From contig OX597827.1 of assembly GCA_951406725.2 (NCBI GenBank), positions 18,476,001 through 18,540,000 of the forward strand: a DNA stretch of 64,000 nt, in the 5' to 3' direction. The position numbers and the translations under genes were made by a program. This stretch comes from Octopus vulgaris. Its lineage: Eukaryota. Positions within the stretch are counted from its first letter, which is position 1. Each line of letters starts with the position of its first letter. The notes under the pieces were generated by a model that saw nothing but the letters and a program-made list of their open reading frames with translations, ran no database searches and was not told the origin of the DNA. Shown here piece after piece: positions 1 through 13,011 of this stretch.

Positions 1-215
1 GAGGATCGCGGTTTCGCTTCCCAGACCGGGCGTTGTGTGTGTGTGTGTGTTTATTGAGCGAAAGCACCTAAAAGCTCAACGAGAGGCTCCGACAGGGGGT
101 GGTGGTGGTGACCCCTGTTGTACTCTTCCTGTTTCTTGAGTAACGCTGCGATGGACTGGAGTCCCGTCCGGCTAGGGGGTACACATACGCCATAGAAACC
201 AGGAAACTTGAAAAG
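1..215 (+). mobile_element. tRNA-derived SINE family C, 5' end cut by the window edge
   Basis: GGATCGCGGTTTCGCTTCCCAGACCGGGCGTTG matches the B-box region of the copy at 26499-26804. Tail GCGATGGACTGG...GAAACCAGGAAA resembles the copy at 39808. Confidence 0.75.
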
Positions 216-520
216 GGCGCATAAAAAAAAACAAAACAGGTATTGAGTTCCCTGTTCAGTCACTGTTACTAATAGATGTCTTGTATTAAGCATATATTTT
301 TTTTTAACTTAATAAAACACAGAAAAATAACCGGACACGACATGGCCCATCGTCGAACCCATGCAAGCATGGAAAATAAACGTAAATGCGGCAACCCGAA
401 AATTACTAGCGCAAAAAACAGAATTTTAAAAAAATCTTTACAATCGACCATGTCTTGGAAATGGTGGTGTACCACCAGCATGGTATAGATTGAAACCAGC
501 GAAGATCGAGACCATCTTTT

Positions 521-935
521 GCTTGTTTCAGCTATTTGACTGCGGCCAAACTGGAGCACCGCCTTTTTTTTTTTTAGTCGGAGAAATCGACCCCCAGGAC
601 TTATTCGCTGTAAGCTTGGTGTACTTAGTGTACCGGTCACTTTCGCCGAGCCGCTATGTTACGGGGACATAAACACACCAACATCGGTTGTCAAGCGACG
701 GTGGGGACGACAAACACAGACACAAAGGTACACACACACACACACACACACACTATATATATAAATATATACGACGGGCTTCTTTCAGTTTCTGCCTACC
801 AAATCCACTCACAAGGCTTTGGTCAGACCCGAGGCTATAGTAGAAGACACTTGCCCAAGGTGCCACGCAGTGGGACTGAACCCAGAACCATGTGGTTGGT
901 TAGCAAGCTACTTACCACACAGCCACTCCTGCGCC
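521..935 (-). mobile_element. CORE-like tRNA-derived SINE family A (OR1/OR2-type)
   Basis: Minus-strand head GGCGCAGGAGTGGCTGTGTGG...GGTTCAGTCCC, CORE-like GGCACCTTGGGCAAGTGTCTTC, internal (CA/TA)n and conserved tail. Near-identical to many other copies in the window. Confidence 0.88.
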
Positions 936-974
936 TAGTACTTGGTGTTTTTGTTTTGTTTTTATAAAAAAAAA

Positions 975-2030
975 AGCCTTGTATTTGCTCTATCGGTTTT
1001 CTTTGCCGAACCGCTTAAATACGGGGGTTGGGGGCAAGAACAGATCAACCCCAGGTGCCAACACATGCACAAAAATACAGGCACACTTGCCCAAGATGCC
1101 ACGCAGTGAGACTGAACCCGGATCCATGTAAAGTTGGGAAGCAAGCTTCTTACCACACGGCTAGAGATAAAAAATTTCTGGTAATATGCAATGCCTGCAC
1201 AATTGACAGAATATATATGACACGTGTGTGTAGAATTGTGCGATATAAGGCAAGAGTCTTTAGAGCATCGGTTACAAGAGTTTGAGCTCATTGCTCCGGT
1301 TGTCCACGCTCCAGGTTCAAATCATGCCCAGGTTGATTTCGCTTTTCATTATTTCGAGTGTCGGTTAATAAAGTACCAGTTACAGGACTGGTGTGGGATC
1401 TTCCCTTCCTTTATCCTTTTTGTTTTGTTTTGTTTTGTTTTATTTTATTCGCTCCCTTTCTGTCGTTTTGGTAGAAATCGACCGTAGGGCTTTACACCTG
1501 ACATAAAACGCTTGAACATGTCGTACCTACATACTTCATAGTCCACGTACGTGTTTAAGGGACACATGACAAGGTCTATACACTCGTGTCACCCACCGGG
1601 CCGCGGTCATGCAGGGACACCGCCTTAAAAGAGTTCAATCAGAGAAATCAACGCCAGTGCCGGACCGTCAACTTAGGACATAAACAAAACAACACCGGTT
1701 GTCAAATGGCGGTAGGGAATAAACACGCGCACACCGGATTTCCCAAGTCTCCGTCAACCAAATTCGCCCACAAGGCCCTGGTCAGCCCGGAGCTACAGCC
1801 ATAAGACAACTCCTCCATGCTGTACGATTGGAATGAACCTAAAACCACGTGGTTACAAAGCAGGCTTTTTACCCCCCCCCCCACGCGTGTATTACACTTG
1901 TTTTAGGCATTATGCTAGGGCAACGCCTTGCAAAACCCTAGTTGAAAGAATAGACCTCAGTCCTTTTTTTTTTTTTATTTTAAGTTTGGTACTTATTCTC
2001 ACGGTCTCTATTGCCGAACTGCTAAGTTAT
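975..2030 (-). mobile_element. Cluster of degraded SINE A fragments with one degraded SINE B (about 1270-1390)
   Basis: Recognisable pieces: CACTTGCCCAAGATGCCACGCAGTG, GGTACTTATTCTC...GCCGAACTGCTAAGTTA, and GATTTCGCTTTTCAT...ATAAAGTACCAG. Confidence 0.6.
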
Positions 2031-2088
2031 ATATTATACACACACGTGCAAATATATACGATTTAAAAACAGTTTAAAACAAAATATT

Positions 2089-2529
2089 GGATCTTTTCCT
2101 TTTGAACGGCAGACAATTTCTAGTTAACTAAACACTTTAAAACTTCGTATACTGGTAGAATGTGTCAAAATAAAACTTTTTTCTCTTGGCTTTCTTGAGA
2201 AAATTGTAATTTGTTTGTTTAACGTAGTTTAATCTTTCGAATTTTAACCAATCCTATGCTCTCTTTTGAGCTATGAGGGTTAGTGACAGGATGTTGTCTC
2301 AGTTTTAGACGCAGCAAATGATTTTAGTTCAATGGAGGTAATCGATTGGTTAAAATTGCCGAAATGCTCGGATTTTCAGACGAAATATCTTACAAACTAT
2401 AGAATTTTCTCAATAAAACCAAGAGAAAATGATGTTTTATAAACACATTCTACCAGTATACGAAGTTTAAAAACTTTTTAGTTACCTAGAAATTATGTGA
2501 CAAACTGCCGTTTCAAAAGGAAAACATCC
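2089..2529. mobile_element. Merlin-like MITE, symmetric (long-TIR) variant
   Basis: GGATCTTTTCC...AACATCC ends and perfect 8-bp TSD AAAATATT. Both arms carry the AAACTTCGTATACTGGTAGAATGTG block in inverted orientation. Confidence 0.85.
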
Positions 2530-2574
2530 AAAATATTCTTGCACGAATATATATATATATATATATACGTAAAG

Positions 2575-2810
2575 TAGATGAAACCATGGCGACTGAAGAA
2601 GGGTTTTTTTCCTTGTGTTATTTGTCCTGTACTCTATTTTTGTTGTTGTTTAACAAATGTCCAGTTCCTTGGGTTTGTGTCTATATTTTCGTTTCTCATT
2701 GTGTTCGACGTTTTTTGGTGTCCTGTACTCATATATGCGTGTATATATACATGTAGAGGTAGGTACGTACATATATGTATATATATATGCATATGTTTTA
2801 TTTATTAATA
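2575..2810 (+). repeat. (TA)n-embedded dispersed repeat, possibly a Penelope-like 3' remnant; second copy at about 52100-52255
   Basis: Shared TTGTGTTCGAC..TGTCCTGTAC.CATATATGC...GTAGGTACGTACATATATG...GCATATGTTTTATTTATTAAT. Confidence 0.6.
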
Positions 2811-3588
2811 TATATATATACACACACACACACACTATGTGTGAGTGTGATTTCGGTGAGAAATAAATAAGGCGACGAGGGAGTGTGTGGTGTGTCGGTG
2901 ACGCCATATTAACAGGAAGTCAATTAAATAGACTCCTTGGATTTATTTGTGTGTGTGTGTGTGTGTGTGTTTTAGCTTTTAATTCAATTGAAACTTATAT
3001 CGAGGACAGTCTCTCACCCTGTTGTATCTCTATCCACACTCTCACACAGCTTACATGTACATTAAACACTTAATATTTGGCGTCTATTTACAAAGGCATT
3101 CACACACCTATAAAAATATGTTTATACACACATACTCACACACAGTGGGCTGTTTATATATATATATATATATATACATATTAATTACACGCGCATATTT
3201 ATCCATCTATACACACACACATACACACACACGTATATGTATATATAACCTCATGTACATTCTTAAATATATGGGTATATGTATCATATACACGCATATA
3301 CTTTAGTCCGTCTTTGTTATTTAGAAATTCAGAATTGAGTGGAGTTTTCGCTAGATCACATGAAGAAGACCTCGACCCAGTTTCGATTCCCGACTGAAAC
3401 CAATTCAGAACGCATCAAGAAGATGCCAGTATGCTGGGTGGGTGATGATATGAGGACGGAGTAGGAAGATAGAACGAGCAAGAGAACGTGTAAACATAAC
3501 ACCCAGTTCTATACTTAAACACACACACACTTTCTAGAAGTTCATCTGCCTGGTCGCTCGATATGCAAAGAAACGACAGCAGAATTTC

Positions 3589-4006
3589 GGATCTTTTCGC
3601 TTTGAACGGCAGTTTTTAACATAATTTCTAGGTAACTAAAAAAATTTCAAACTTCGTATACAGGTAGAATGTGTTTATAAAACATCTTTCTCTCTTGGCT
3701 TTATTGAGAAAAGTCTATGGTTTGTAAGATATTTGTTGTTATTTTTCTTCAATTTCTGCAATTTCAACCAATCAATGACGTCTATTGAGGTGAAAACATT
3801 CTGTGCCATATGAATATGTCCCTCGTTTAAGAAACAGATTGGGTTTATTTACATTTCTGAAGAAAAAAAAAGATACCCTTAACCCACCCCCACCCCTAAC
3901 CCTAAAACAGATTGAAATGCAATAGATCGATTCTAGGGTCATAATTATAGGTGACAATTTCATATGACACCGCTTGAAAAAACTGCTGTTCAAACCGAAA
4001 AGATCC
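3589..4006 (+). mobile_element. Merlin-like MITE
   Basis: ~28-bp TIRs and internal CCCTAACCCTAA. No individual TSD. Confidence 0.9.
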
Positions 4007-4676
4007 AAAAAAAAGGTTTACAACTAGAATACTTTTGATCATATAGTTTGACCTCAATAAGGGCTGATTAGGCGGGTACTTAGTAACAATCTATATTCAT
4101 AATGTAATATTCCTGCTAGTGTGTACTTTTTAAGAGGATAAGTCTTATAATTTCATTACAAGAACAAATATGGAATCATATTGGATTCCGTTACAAAAAT
4201 CAATCAAAATTCGTAGAGGGGCAAAGTTGATGTGTTGCAGTGGTCAATGGCAGTTTAACCTATTTAGTCAACTTGCTCTCAAATTCTCAAATCACCGTCT
4301 ACTGCTTTTAGAAAAAGGGAAGACGTTCATGATTGTAATTAATCGAAGGTTTATACTTCGACTGAGAAAACGGAAAAAGATTGGGGGTGGTTAACGATGA
4401 GAACGACTCTGATGAGAAAACAATGCTTGATTTTGGGTTGTCACAGAAATTTCTTAATACTGTCCTGTACTCGACTGACCGTTTGTTCCGAAGCATATAT
4501 ACATATGTTTGCTCAAACACCGAGCTACAAAGTATCGTTATACCGAAGCGAAATAATAAAAATGGCGGTAGTAGTAGTAGTATCAGCAGCATCGATAATG
4601 AATGGATATAGTTGAGACGCTGGTGCTGGGTTAATGTTTGCTGTTTAGCAACCCCCCACCCCACCAGGACTGAGCG

Positions 4677-5091
4677 GAATCTTTTCGGTTTGAACGGCAG
4701 TTTTTTCTAGCGGTGTCATATGAAATTGTCACCCATAATTACGACCCTAGAATCGATCTATTGCATTTCAATCTGTTTTAGGGTTAGGGTTAGGGGTGGG
4801 GGAAGGGTATCTTCTTTTTTTTCACAAATGTAAATAAACCCAATCAGTTTCTTAAATGAGGGACATATTCATACAGCTCAATGTTGTTTACCTCAACAGA
4901 CGTCAGTGATTGGTTGAAATTGCAGAAATTGAAGAAAAAAAACAACAAATATCTTACAAACTATAGAATTTTTTCAATAAAGCCAAGAGAAAAAGATGTT
5001 TTATAAACACATTCTACCAGTATACGAAGTTTAAAAGTGTTTAGTTACTTAGAAATTATGTTAAAAACTGCCGTTCAAACCGAAAAGATCC
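4677..5091 (-). mobile_element. Merlin-like MITE, reverse orientation
   Basis: Reverse complement of the 3589 copy, with TTAGGGTTAGGGTTAGGGG inside. Confidence 0.9.
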
Positions 5092-5687
5092 AAAATTTCT
5101 ACTACCATAACAAATGCTTCTGCATGTTACTGAGAAATTTATAGAGAACAAATTAAAGAAAAAAGCTTCTTCTTAGCAAACCGAAAAGATCCCTGAGTGT
5201 CCCAGCCATAATATAAGCATCCCAACATGAAAATGAATTATTGAAATGATTTCCGTTTCCAAGCAAGGTAGGACAAATTTCTTGGCGGCAACTGGGACCG
5301 AACTCAAACGAGGAAGGGAGATAATCTCAAGAAACCAGGATTTCTTCCGAAACAAAAACGATCCATTAAAGAACACAACACCGGTTGTCCCTAAGAGACA
5401 ATCCCGGGACAGCTTTGTCTCAAGAAAAATAACATATATATATATATATTCTTGACAAATTTATGCCGTATGCATAAGTTGTGTGTTTGTGTGTGAATGA
5501 ATGTGTACACAACACTATTATGATTACCACATACAAAATACTAGTGCTTCACACGGATGGAAAGACAAGTCACACATATATATAGCTGTAGACCACTGAA
5601 GTACTGCACGCAGACATACATACATACACATGCATACACGTATACACGTACACAGCTGTCTCTAAGAGACACGACCCTACTTCAAAA

Positions 5688-6085
5688 CACACACACACAC
5701 ACACACACATACACCGCTATCACACATACACATACTTAAAGCAACAGCAACGCCAGCTTCAGTACTTCAGACAGATACAGACACACACACATACATTTTC
5801 ATACATATACACACACATACATACATACACACACATTTTCATACATATACACACATACATACATATACACACACATATACATACAAACACACACACATAT
5901 ATATATACACATACGTACACACACACATACATATACACAGACAAACACACACATACATACATACAAACACATACATACACACATACATACATACATACAC
6001 ATACATACAGATACACACACACATACATACACACACATACATATACACACACATACAAACACATACATACACACGCACACAGACA
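5688..6085. repeat. Compound (CA)n/(ATAC)n microsatellite
   Basis: Directly visible. Source of the VCVY-type ORFs. Confidence 0.95.
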
Positions 6086-6443
6086 GAGCTTGAAGCAGAC
6101 CACGTCGGAGCGATCTCCGTTGCCTGGTGCCAAGCGAAATCCCCCTTAAACAAGCAATGTTTAACAAGCTTAATCAGACTGGCGACAGTATGGCTAGCAA
6201 TGAGGAGGAGGAAGAGGAGGAGGAAGAGGGACGAGAAGGTTGGGAAGAGTGGGGGTGGGGGTGGGCAGAGAGGGTTAGCTCACTGTCACACCACACCCCC
6301 TGTTGTTGTTGTTGTTGTTCTCTTCTTCCTCGCTGCCTCTTACCACATCCTCTCTCTCTCTCTCTCACTCTACACAACACACATTGTATATAAGCTACAT
6401 CAACGTACATACACACACCAACGGTTTGTGTACATTATGTATG

Positions 6444-6475
<32 letters not shown>

Positions 6476-6687
6476 CATACATACGTGTGTGTGTGTGTGT
6501 GATGCGAAGGGGTGGGCAGGAAAGGAAAAAGAAGTCTATCGTACAGATTAGCTTCTTCAAATACGCCTCATACTTCTACTCCGTTTTTCCCTTCTTGTAT
6601 TACTTGGTCTGCGGATATGATCCTGGCATCAACATCAGTGCTTGCTTGCTTCCTTCATCTCTCGCTCCCAAGCTCTCTCTCTCTGCC

Positions 6688-6726
<39 letters not shown>

Positions 6727-6744
6727 AACCTATCTATCAGTCTA

Positions 6745-6777
<33 letters not shown>

Positions 6778-6960
6778 TTATCTCTAACGAGAATCAAGTA
6801 AACATACCTTTTTTCTGCTTCTTCTTTCTGCACACATTCTACATACATTCACGGAAATGCAGAGAATTAATAAATAAATATGTTTCGTACATGTATAGGT
6901 ATATACATGCCTACAGATGTATAGGTATATACGTACGTATATATATATATATATATATAG

Positions 6961-7004
<44 letters not shown>

Positions 7005-7032
7005 TTTCGTTTCCGTTCTTTCTCCCAGTAAG

Positions 7033-7073
<41 letters not shown>

Positions 7074-7165
7074 CAATAATGAATCTCTGAACGAGGTATA
7101 AACCTTAACTGCACGACTATACCTCACATATATATAATAGCAATCCCTATATATCTATCTATCTA

Positions 7166-7204
<39 letters not shown>

Positions 7205-7974
7205 CTTACAAGCAGCTTAAACTGCGGGACATTCCCATCTTCAGCAGTGAAATGGAGATCAACAACGGTTTCGTAAATGCGCACACGCGTGAACACACAC
7301 ACACACACACACACACCGAATATAAATCTCGATTATTAGAGTTGTGACTGTAATATAATTCACCTCCCTCTCTCGCCTACATCATGTATTTATATATATA
7401 TTTGTGTGTGTGTGTGTGTCTGTACAAGAGAATGGGGGGGAGATGAAGATACACGGTAGTCGCTTATGTACAGGCTCCCCTGTAAAATCCAGGCTTTATA
7501 CTCGATAATTTGCAGGGAATCGGTGTGGAGGTGTAAGACAAAATAAGAATGAGAGAGAGAGAGAGAAAAAAAAAACACCATACAAAACTAATGGTTTTAT
7601 AAATGTTTTGTTATATTTTTTGTTTTCTTTTTTTTTTCCCCCGTCAAATTCCATTCATGTAAAAGCTGCTCACACCACCGTGTTTTTGAAGCTACTGAAC
7701 GGAGTATATATTTTATACACCTACAGCAGACTATTTTATTTATAGGCATTTCAGTTAAGTGTCAACTAGGCAAACCTACACAGTTGCTAACCATTCTACA
7801 AATAGCAGCCAAATTCTCCCTCAAATTACGTTTTTTTGTTGCTGCCTTTTTTTAAACCCCTTTTCAAAAAGGTTAAAATACATTCGATGATGTAGTCTTA
7901 GACACACTGTGTCTGGAGGGAAGCAATCATAAAACGATGTTTGACGATTAAAACGTCTTTAAACATAAGCCTAC

Positions 7975-8436
7975 TCAAATCCTCCGAGTTCTACAACATT
8001 CTCTAAGCCCTGGCTCAAATCCCGATTTCAACAGCATTTTCTAAGCTCCCTGTAAATCTGAGTTCAATAGCATTCTCTAAGCCCTGGCTCAAATCCCGAG
8101 TTCAACCGCATTCTCTAAGCCCCGGCTCGAATCCAGTTCAATAGAAGCTCCCTGTAAACCCGAGTTCAATAGCATTCTCTAAAGCCCTGGCTCAAATCCC
8201 GAGTTCAACCGCATTCTCTAAGCCCCGGCTCGAATCCAGTTCAATAGAAGCTCCCTGTAAACCCGAGTTCAATAGCATCCTCTAAAGCCCTGGCTCAAAT
8301 CCCGAGTTCAACCGCATTCTCTAAGCCCCGGCTCGAATCCAGTTCAATAGCAGTCTCTAAGCCCTGGCTCAAATCCCGAGTTCAACAGCATTCTCTAAGC
8401 CCCAGCTCGAATCCAGTTCAATAGCAATCCCTAAGC
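7975..8436. repeat. Minisatellite, ~36-38-bp units with a ~103-bp higher-order period
   Basis: Repeated CATTCTCTAAGCCCTGGCTCAAATCCCGAGTTCAA. The variant CTCCCTGTAA recurs at 8046, 8148 and 8251. Confidence 0.92.
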
Positions 8437-8683
8437 CAGTCATGGGCAAACTGTATCCTGCAGGACTTTCTGAATGGCTCGCCTAATGAGAAATTACTTA
8501 GAATATTTTTTTAGTAGTGCAGACTACTTTTCGAAAGATGATGTCCATACCCACTCAAAGCAGTTGCCTGGACAGTTTCAAACGCCAAAGTCAAACCATA
8601 GAACCTTAAACAAAGGCAAAGATTCCTGGAAAGACATATTGGTCACAGTGGAATGCCCTTTGAAAATAGGTTTGTCCTCTCTG
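8437..8683. mobile_element. Possible degraded hAT-like MITE
   Basis: CAGTCATGGGCAAACT start and GGTTTGTCCTCTCTG end resemble hAT TIRs. TSD not recognisable. Confidence 0.4.
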
Positions 8684-8977
8684 AGCTGACCAGGAGATGA
8701 ACAACATAAGCAGGCAACGTAACGTCACCACCCGGTTTGAGCTATGTTAAGTGTAAGGGAGTGAAGTGTAGTCGATGTAGACTTGAAAATGGATTGATCA
8801 GGTGTGTTGAGGAATTTCGTTGTTTAGCACTGGACGACTAGAACTATAAACAAAGGCTCTTTAACCGAGACCAACCCAGTTTTTACTTAATAAATTTGTA
8901 GGTCAGGCATTTCAGAATGTCCTCCTATATCCTTTTTATAGGACATAACGCATTATATATATATATATATCTGTTAA

Positions 8978-8982
<5 letters not shown>

Positions 8983-9045
<63 letters not shown>
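8983..9045. repeat. (AG)n microsatellite
   Basis: Directly visible. Confidence 0.97.
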
Positions 9046-9048
<3 letters not shown>

Positions 9049-10727
9049 AATGAAAACAAGGAGAGTGGGGTGGGCGAGAGAGAAGGAACACAACGGTACA
9101 TGACTGGTGTGTCAATGATCGTAATGAAGATACATGATGGTGGTCGCGGCGGTGGCGCGGTTATGATTGATGTCAATGACTGAGGATATTAGTCCAAAGG
9201 TCAAGGTGTTCTAAGCCAGACGACATCCCGGGTAGATTTAATTCGGCGTTTCCGCACTGATCAAAATGATCTTTCCGGATGGATAGGCGACCGATTATCT
9301 TCTTCACTCTCAGCATCCGACCCATCTGTTACTTTTTACTCATACCTGAGTAAGGCTCAACTCTGGGAACAGTTGTGTGCGTGCGCGTGTTTGTGAGAAA
9401 GAGAGAAAATATTCCCCTAATGATCCCCACCTCTTTCTTTGTTTTGTTTTCAATTACTTGAACTCAGGTGAGGCAGATTTCAAATTACGTTGGTTGCCTC
9501 ATCCGTTGCTGCCCCGTTGGCCGATGTCGCCTCGGGAACCTCGTGGTCCGTGTTTCCCGCAATCGATCACCCGCCCTTGTTTTTTGCTTTTTTTTTTGTC
9601 CAAGAGGTTGTTACATCTATCTGCCCTTTGCTTTATAGCCGGGTAGCAACTCATCCACCCATCTCTCAAAACTGGTTTATGATTTGTGTATCCATTGTGC
9701 ACACAAACATACACACACGGTTTCTAGCATTTCTGAAAGAACTACTGTCGCTTGATCATGGTGTTCTAAAAATTTAATATAGAGACAAGATTACAACCGG
9801 ATCGAAACTCTTTAAAAGTACTTGGTGGTTATTTTATTGGCACCCCCAAACCTCACCAACGTTAAGATGAAAAGCAAAATGTCAGTACCGCCGCCTTTTC
9901 TAACGCATTCAAATATAACGTGTGTATATTTAATTAATGCATGTGAACCAATTAACTCGCAAATCAACTCACAAAATATTTTTACTGTGGCTGGTTGTTC
10001 AGAGAAATTTTTATCTAAATTCTGAGACTTCCTGGTGGCATTTCTGGAAAGATCCTTATCATTGAAGACACACAGCTTTTTTTTTACCTCCACCTCCTAC
10101 CACACATATATTTCGTGTTGCGCTAAGAAGTGGAGCACGGTACCAGAAATTTTGACTCGATGTCAAAGATAGCAAACTATTTCAAATCGTTGTTTAGAGT
10201 ATTCGCATAAGTGGAAGTCTGGACCGGCTTAGTTTGCCGGGTTGTGTAAACTGAATCAGCCTTTGGTCGCTTACAGATTGGAGTTTTTTTAAGAAACAAA
10301 ATCTCGGAAACGATGCGAAAAATGACTGTCGGTAGAAAGTCAATACTACGATTGCCTCAACTCCTCTGCACATCTAAAGAATGGACAAACGGTAGTCGCG
10401 ATCCGAAAAGCTTGAAATGTTACGTTTTCATCGGCACTTTGAAGCATGTTCAAACTCAGAGTGGGTGGTCAGTAGGGATAGTTGAACGAACCATTACAAT
10501 TGTCCTCAAATTTACACTGAAGCAACAACCGTCACCAAAATAAAGTCGGTCCGACCGAAAGAGAACAGTAACGTTTAGATGACCTGTTGAATCAAGAACG
10601 TTAAGTTTGGCGAAATCGACTGAACGAAATGATACAAAAAAAAACAAACAAAACAAACCGGAGAAGTGGTGAAAAACTATTAGTAAAAGAAAAGGGGACG
10701 ATACTAAAAGAAGAAATTTGTCTAAAG

Positions 10728-10907
10728 CAGTGCCTTGCAACCAGTATGCCACGAGACGACCTTAGGTGTGCCGCGCTGTAACCTGAATATATATATATAT
10801 ATATATTTTTCCTTATACTTTTGTTAATTTTTAGTTCAGGTGTGCAGTCAAATTTTCAGAAGAGTATAAGTAGATTGCAAGTGGAAAAAAAAGGTTGCGG
10901 ATCACTG
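10728..10907. mobile_element. hAT (Charlie-like) MITE
   Basis: TIRs CAGTGCCTTGCAACC / GGTTGCGGATCACTG and perfect 8-bp TSD GTCTAAAG. Confidence 0.8.
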
Positions 10908-10915
10908 GTCTAAAG

Positions 10916-11616
10916 CAATGGTGCTCAACCGGGACCCATATAAAATCGGGAGAGGGTCACTCAACCAAATAGTATTTGAAGGGCCCACGAAAACAATTTT
11001 AAATGTATGTAGGTTTCTTCCTTTAACGTTTTACACAGCCCACGCAAGTTAATAGGTGAAAAACAAAATAGGAATTTTAAAAGAAGCTTCTATGAAACTA
11101 GTTTTTAAACATAGAATGTCTACGGGTGGGGCACCCGAATAAGATAGCAATCAAAGGGGAGATCTTTTCGGTTTGCGGCAGTTTTTAACATAATTTCTAG
11201 GTAACTAAAAAGTTTTAAAACTTCGTATACTGGTAGAATGTGTTTATAAAACATCATTTTCTCTTGGTTTTATTGAGAAAATTCTATGGTTTGTAAGATA
11301 TTTGTTGTTGTTTTTCCTTCAATTTCTGCAATTTCAACCAATCAATGACGTCTATTGAGGTAAAAAAAAACCGTGCCATATGAAAATGTCCCTCGTTTAA
11401 GAAACAGATTGTGTTTATTTAAATTTGTGAAGAAAAAAAAAGATACCCTTTCCCCACCCCTAACCCTAAAACAGATTGAAATGCAATAGATCGAAACTAG
11501 GGTCATAATTATGGGTGACAATTTCATATGACACCGCTAGAAAAAACTGCCATTTAAACCGCAAAGATCCCAAAGGGGTTCATAGATGGAAAGAAAAAAA
11601 CGTTTGAGAAACCCTG
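10916..11616. mobile_element. hAT (Charlie-like) MITE containing a nested Merlin-like MITE
   Basis: TIRs CAATGGTGCTCAACC / GTTTGAGAAACCCTG, TSD GTCTAAAG/GTCGAAAG. Related copy at about 29327-29589. Confidence 0.8.
11160..11570 (+). mobile_element. Merlin-like MITE
   Basis: TIRs and perfect TSD CAAAGGGG. Confidence 0.92.
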
Positions 11617-12549
11617 GTCGAAAGTGAAGAATAAAATGGAAGAATGCGTTGGCGGTCTTGGTGTAACAAATTCACATCAACTACCGACTATGTCTACTGC
11701 GAGAAGATCTACGTATCTCAAGACTTGGGGTTATTCACAGCCAATCAGTGGAGCCATGACAAAGCAACAGAGTCATGATGACGATATATATATAAAAGTG
11801 TGTCTAATTAATGTATGTAAGCAATAATTACAAACCGTCTCAGAGAAAAAAAAAACGAAAAAAAACAGGACAGTGATAAAGATGTCGCCAACAATGACGG
11901 CCACCACAATGACGACGACGATGACTACCGCAAAATACAATAGTTCCCAGCCAACCGAAGGACGATGCCAGCTTCTTATGTAGTCTCTCTCCGCCATACT
12001 CTCTCCTTCAAATGTCTGGTCCTATGAAGTCATTCGACCTACTCTCGTTCAAATCGGACACTTTTAAGAACGCATTAGACAATGTAATCCAAGACGAACG
12101 TAACAACGGAACAGACCAATCATATATAAGCTTTGACACTAAAAAAAAAGAAAAAAGAAGAGCGAGAGAGAGAAAGTGTGGGGGATGACACATCAAACAC
12201 TTGTAGATAGTTTTGCAGTCAGAATGAGAGAGAGATAGAGAGAGAGAGAGCCAGAATGATCAACAAGGCTTGGAATGCCTCTAATCATAGGTCTACTCGA
12301 TAACCAAGATTAACCTGAGACTTAGCAACAACAATTACTTCGCCGGTCAATCATGTCGTTGGTTTCAGAGATAATAGCTGCATGGGATGTATGGGTTGAG
12401 AGCAACAGACGGCCCCACAAAGCCATCACACACAGGGCCTTACTATCAAATATATCCCAGCAAGATTTGTATCCACAAAGAACTGCGTTATCTATTGCAG
12501 TCTTCTTAACTCATTAATATCTTTTTGTGTTGTGTGTGTGTGTGTGTTG

Positions 12550-12920
12550 CCCATAGGGAACTAAACATAGAGGGGGACAAACAAGGACAGGCAAAGGGAT
12601 TAAAGTCGATTACATCGACCCCAGTGCGTAACTGGTACTTACTTAATCGGCGGCGAGCTGGCAGAAACGTTAGCACGCCGGGCGAAATGCTTAGCGGTAT
12701 TTCGTCTGCCGTTACGTTCTGAGTTCAAATTCCGCCGAGGTCTACTTTGCCTTTCATCCTTTCGGGGTCGATAAATTAAGTACCAGTTACGCACTGGGGT
12801 CGATGTAATCGACTTAATACCTATGTCTGTCCTTGTTTGTCCCATCTGTGTTTAGCTCCTTGTGGGTAATAAAGAAATAGGTACTTACATAATCGACCCC
12901 GAAAGGATGAAAGGCAAAGT
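12550..12920 (-). mobile_element. SINE B (minus strand) interrupted by a plus-strand SINE B
   Basis: Host resumes after the insert as ATCGACCCCGAAAGGATGAAAGGCAAAGTC. Confidence 0.85.
12649..12879 (+). mobile_element. tRNA-derived SINE family B, full length
   Basis: A-box-like GAGCTGGCAGAA, B-box GAGTTCAAATTCC, core GCCTTTCATCCTTTCGGGGTCGATAAA. TSD GGTACTTAC(T/A)TAATC. Confidence 0.9.
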
Positions 12921-13011
12921 CCCATCAGCCCCCGTGGATCCGCCATTGACAGTCGACGAAAAAAAAAAAAAGGATTGGATATGAAGTGTTTTTAAAGGGT
13001 ATTAACGTAGT

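Noticed and set aside
656-967. Recurrent 'RGYSRRHLPKVPRSGTEPGTMWLVSKLLTTQPLL' ORFs
   Set aside because: Antisense translation of SINE A, with frames varying between copies.
3880-3906. Interstitial telomere or fusion site
   Set aside because: The CCCTAA units are an internal part of the MITE family.
11870-12190. Possible exon (..MSGPMKSFDLLSFKSDTFKNALDNVIQDERN..)
   Set aside because: No recognisable homology or convincing splice sites, and it runs into A/GA tracts.
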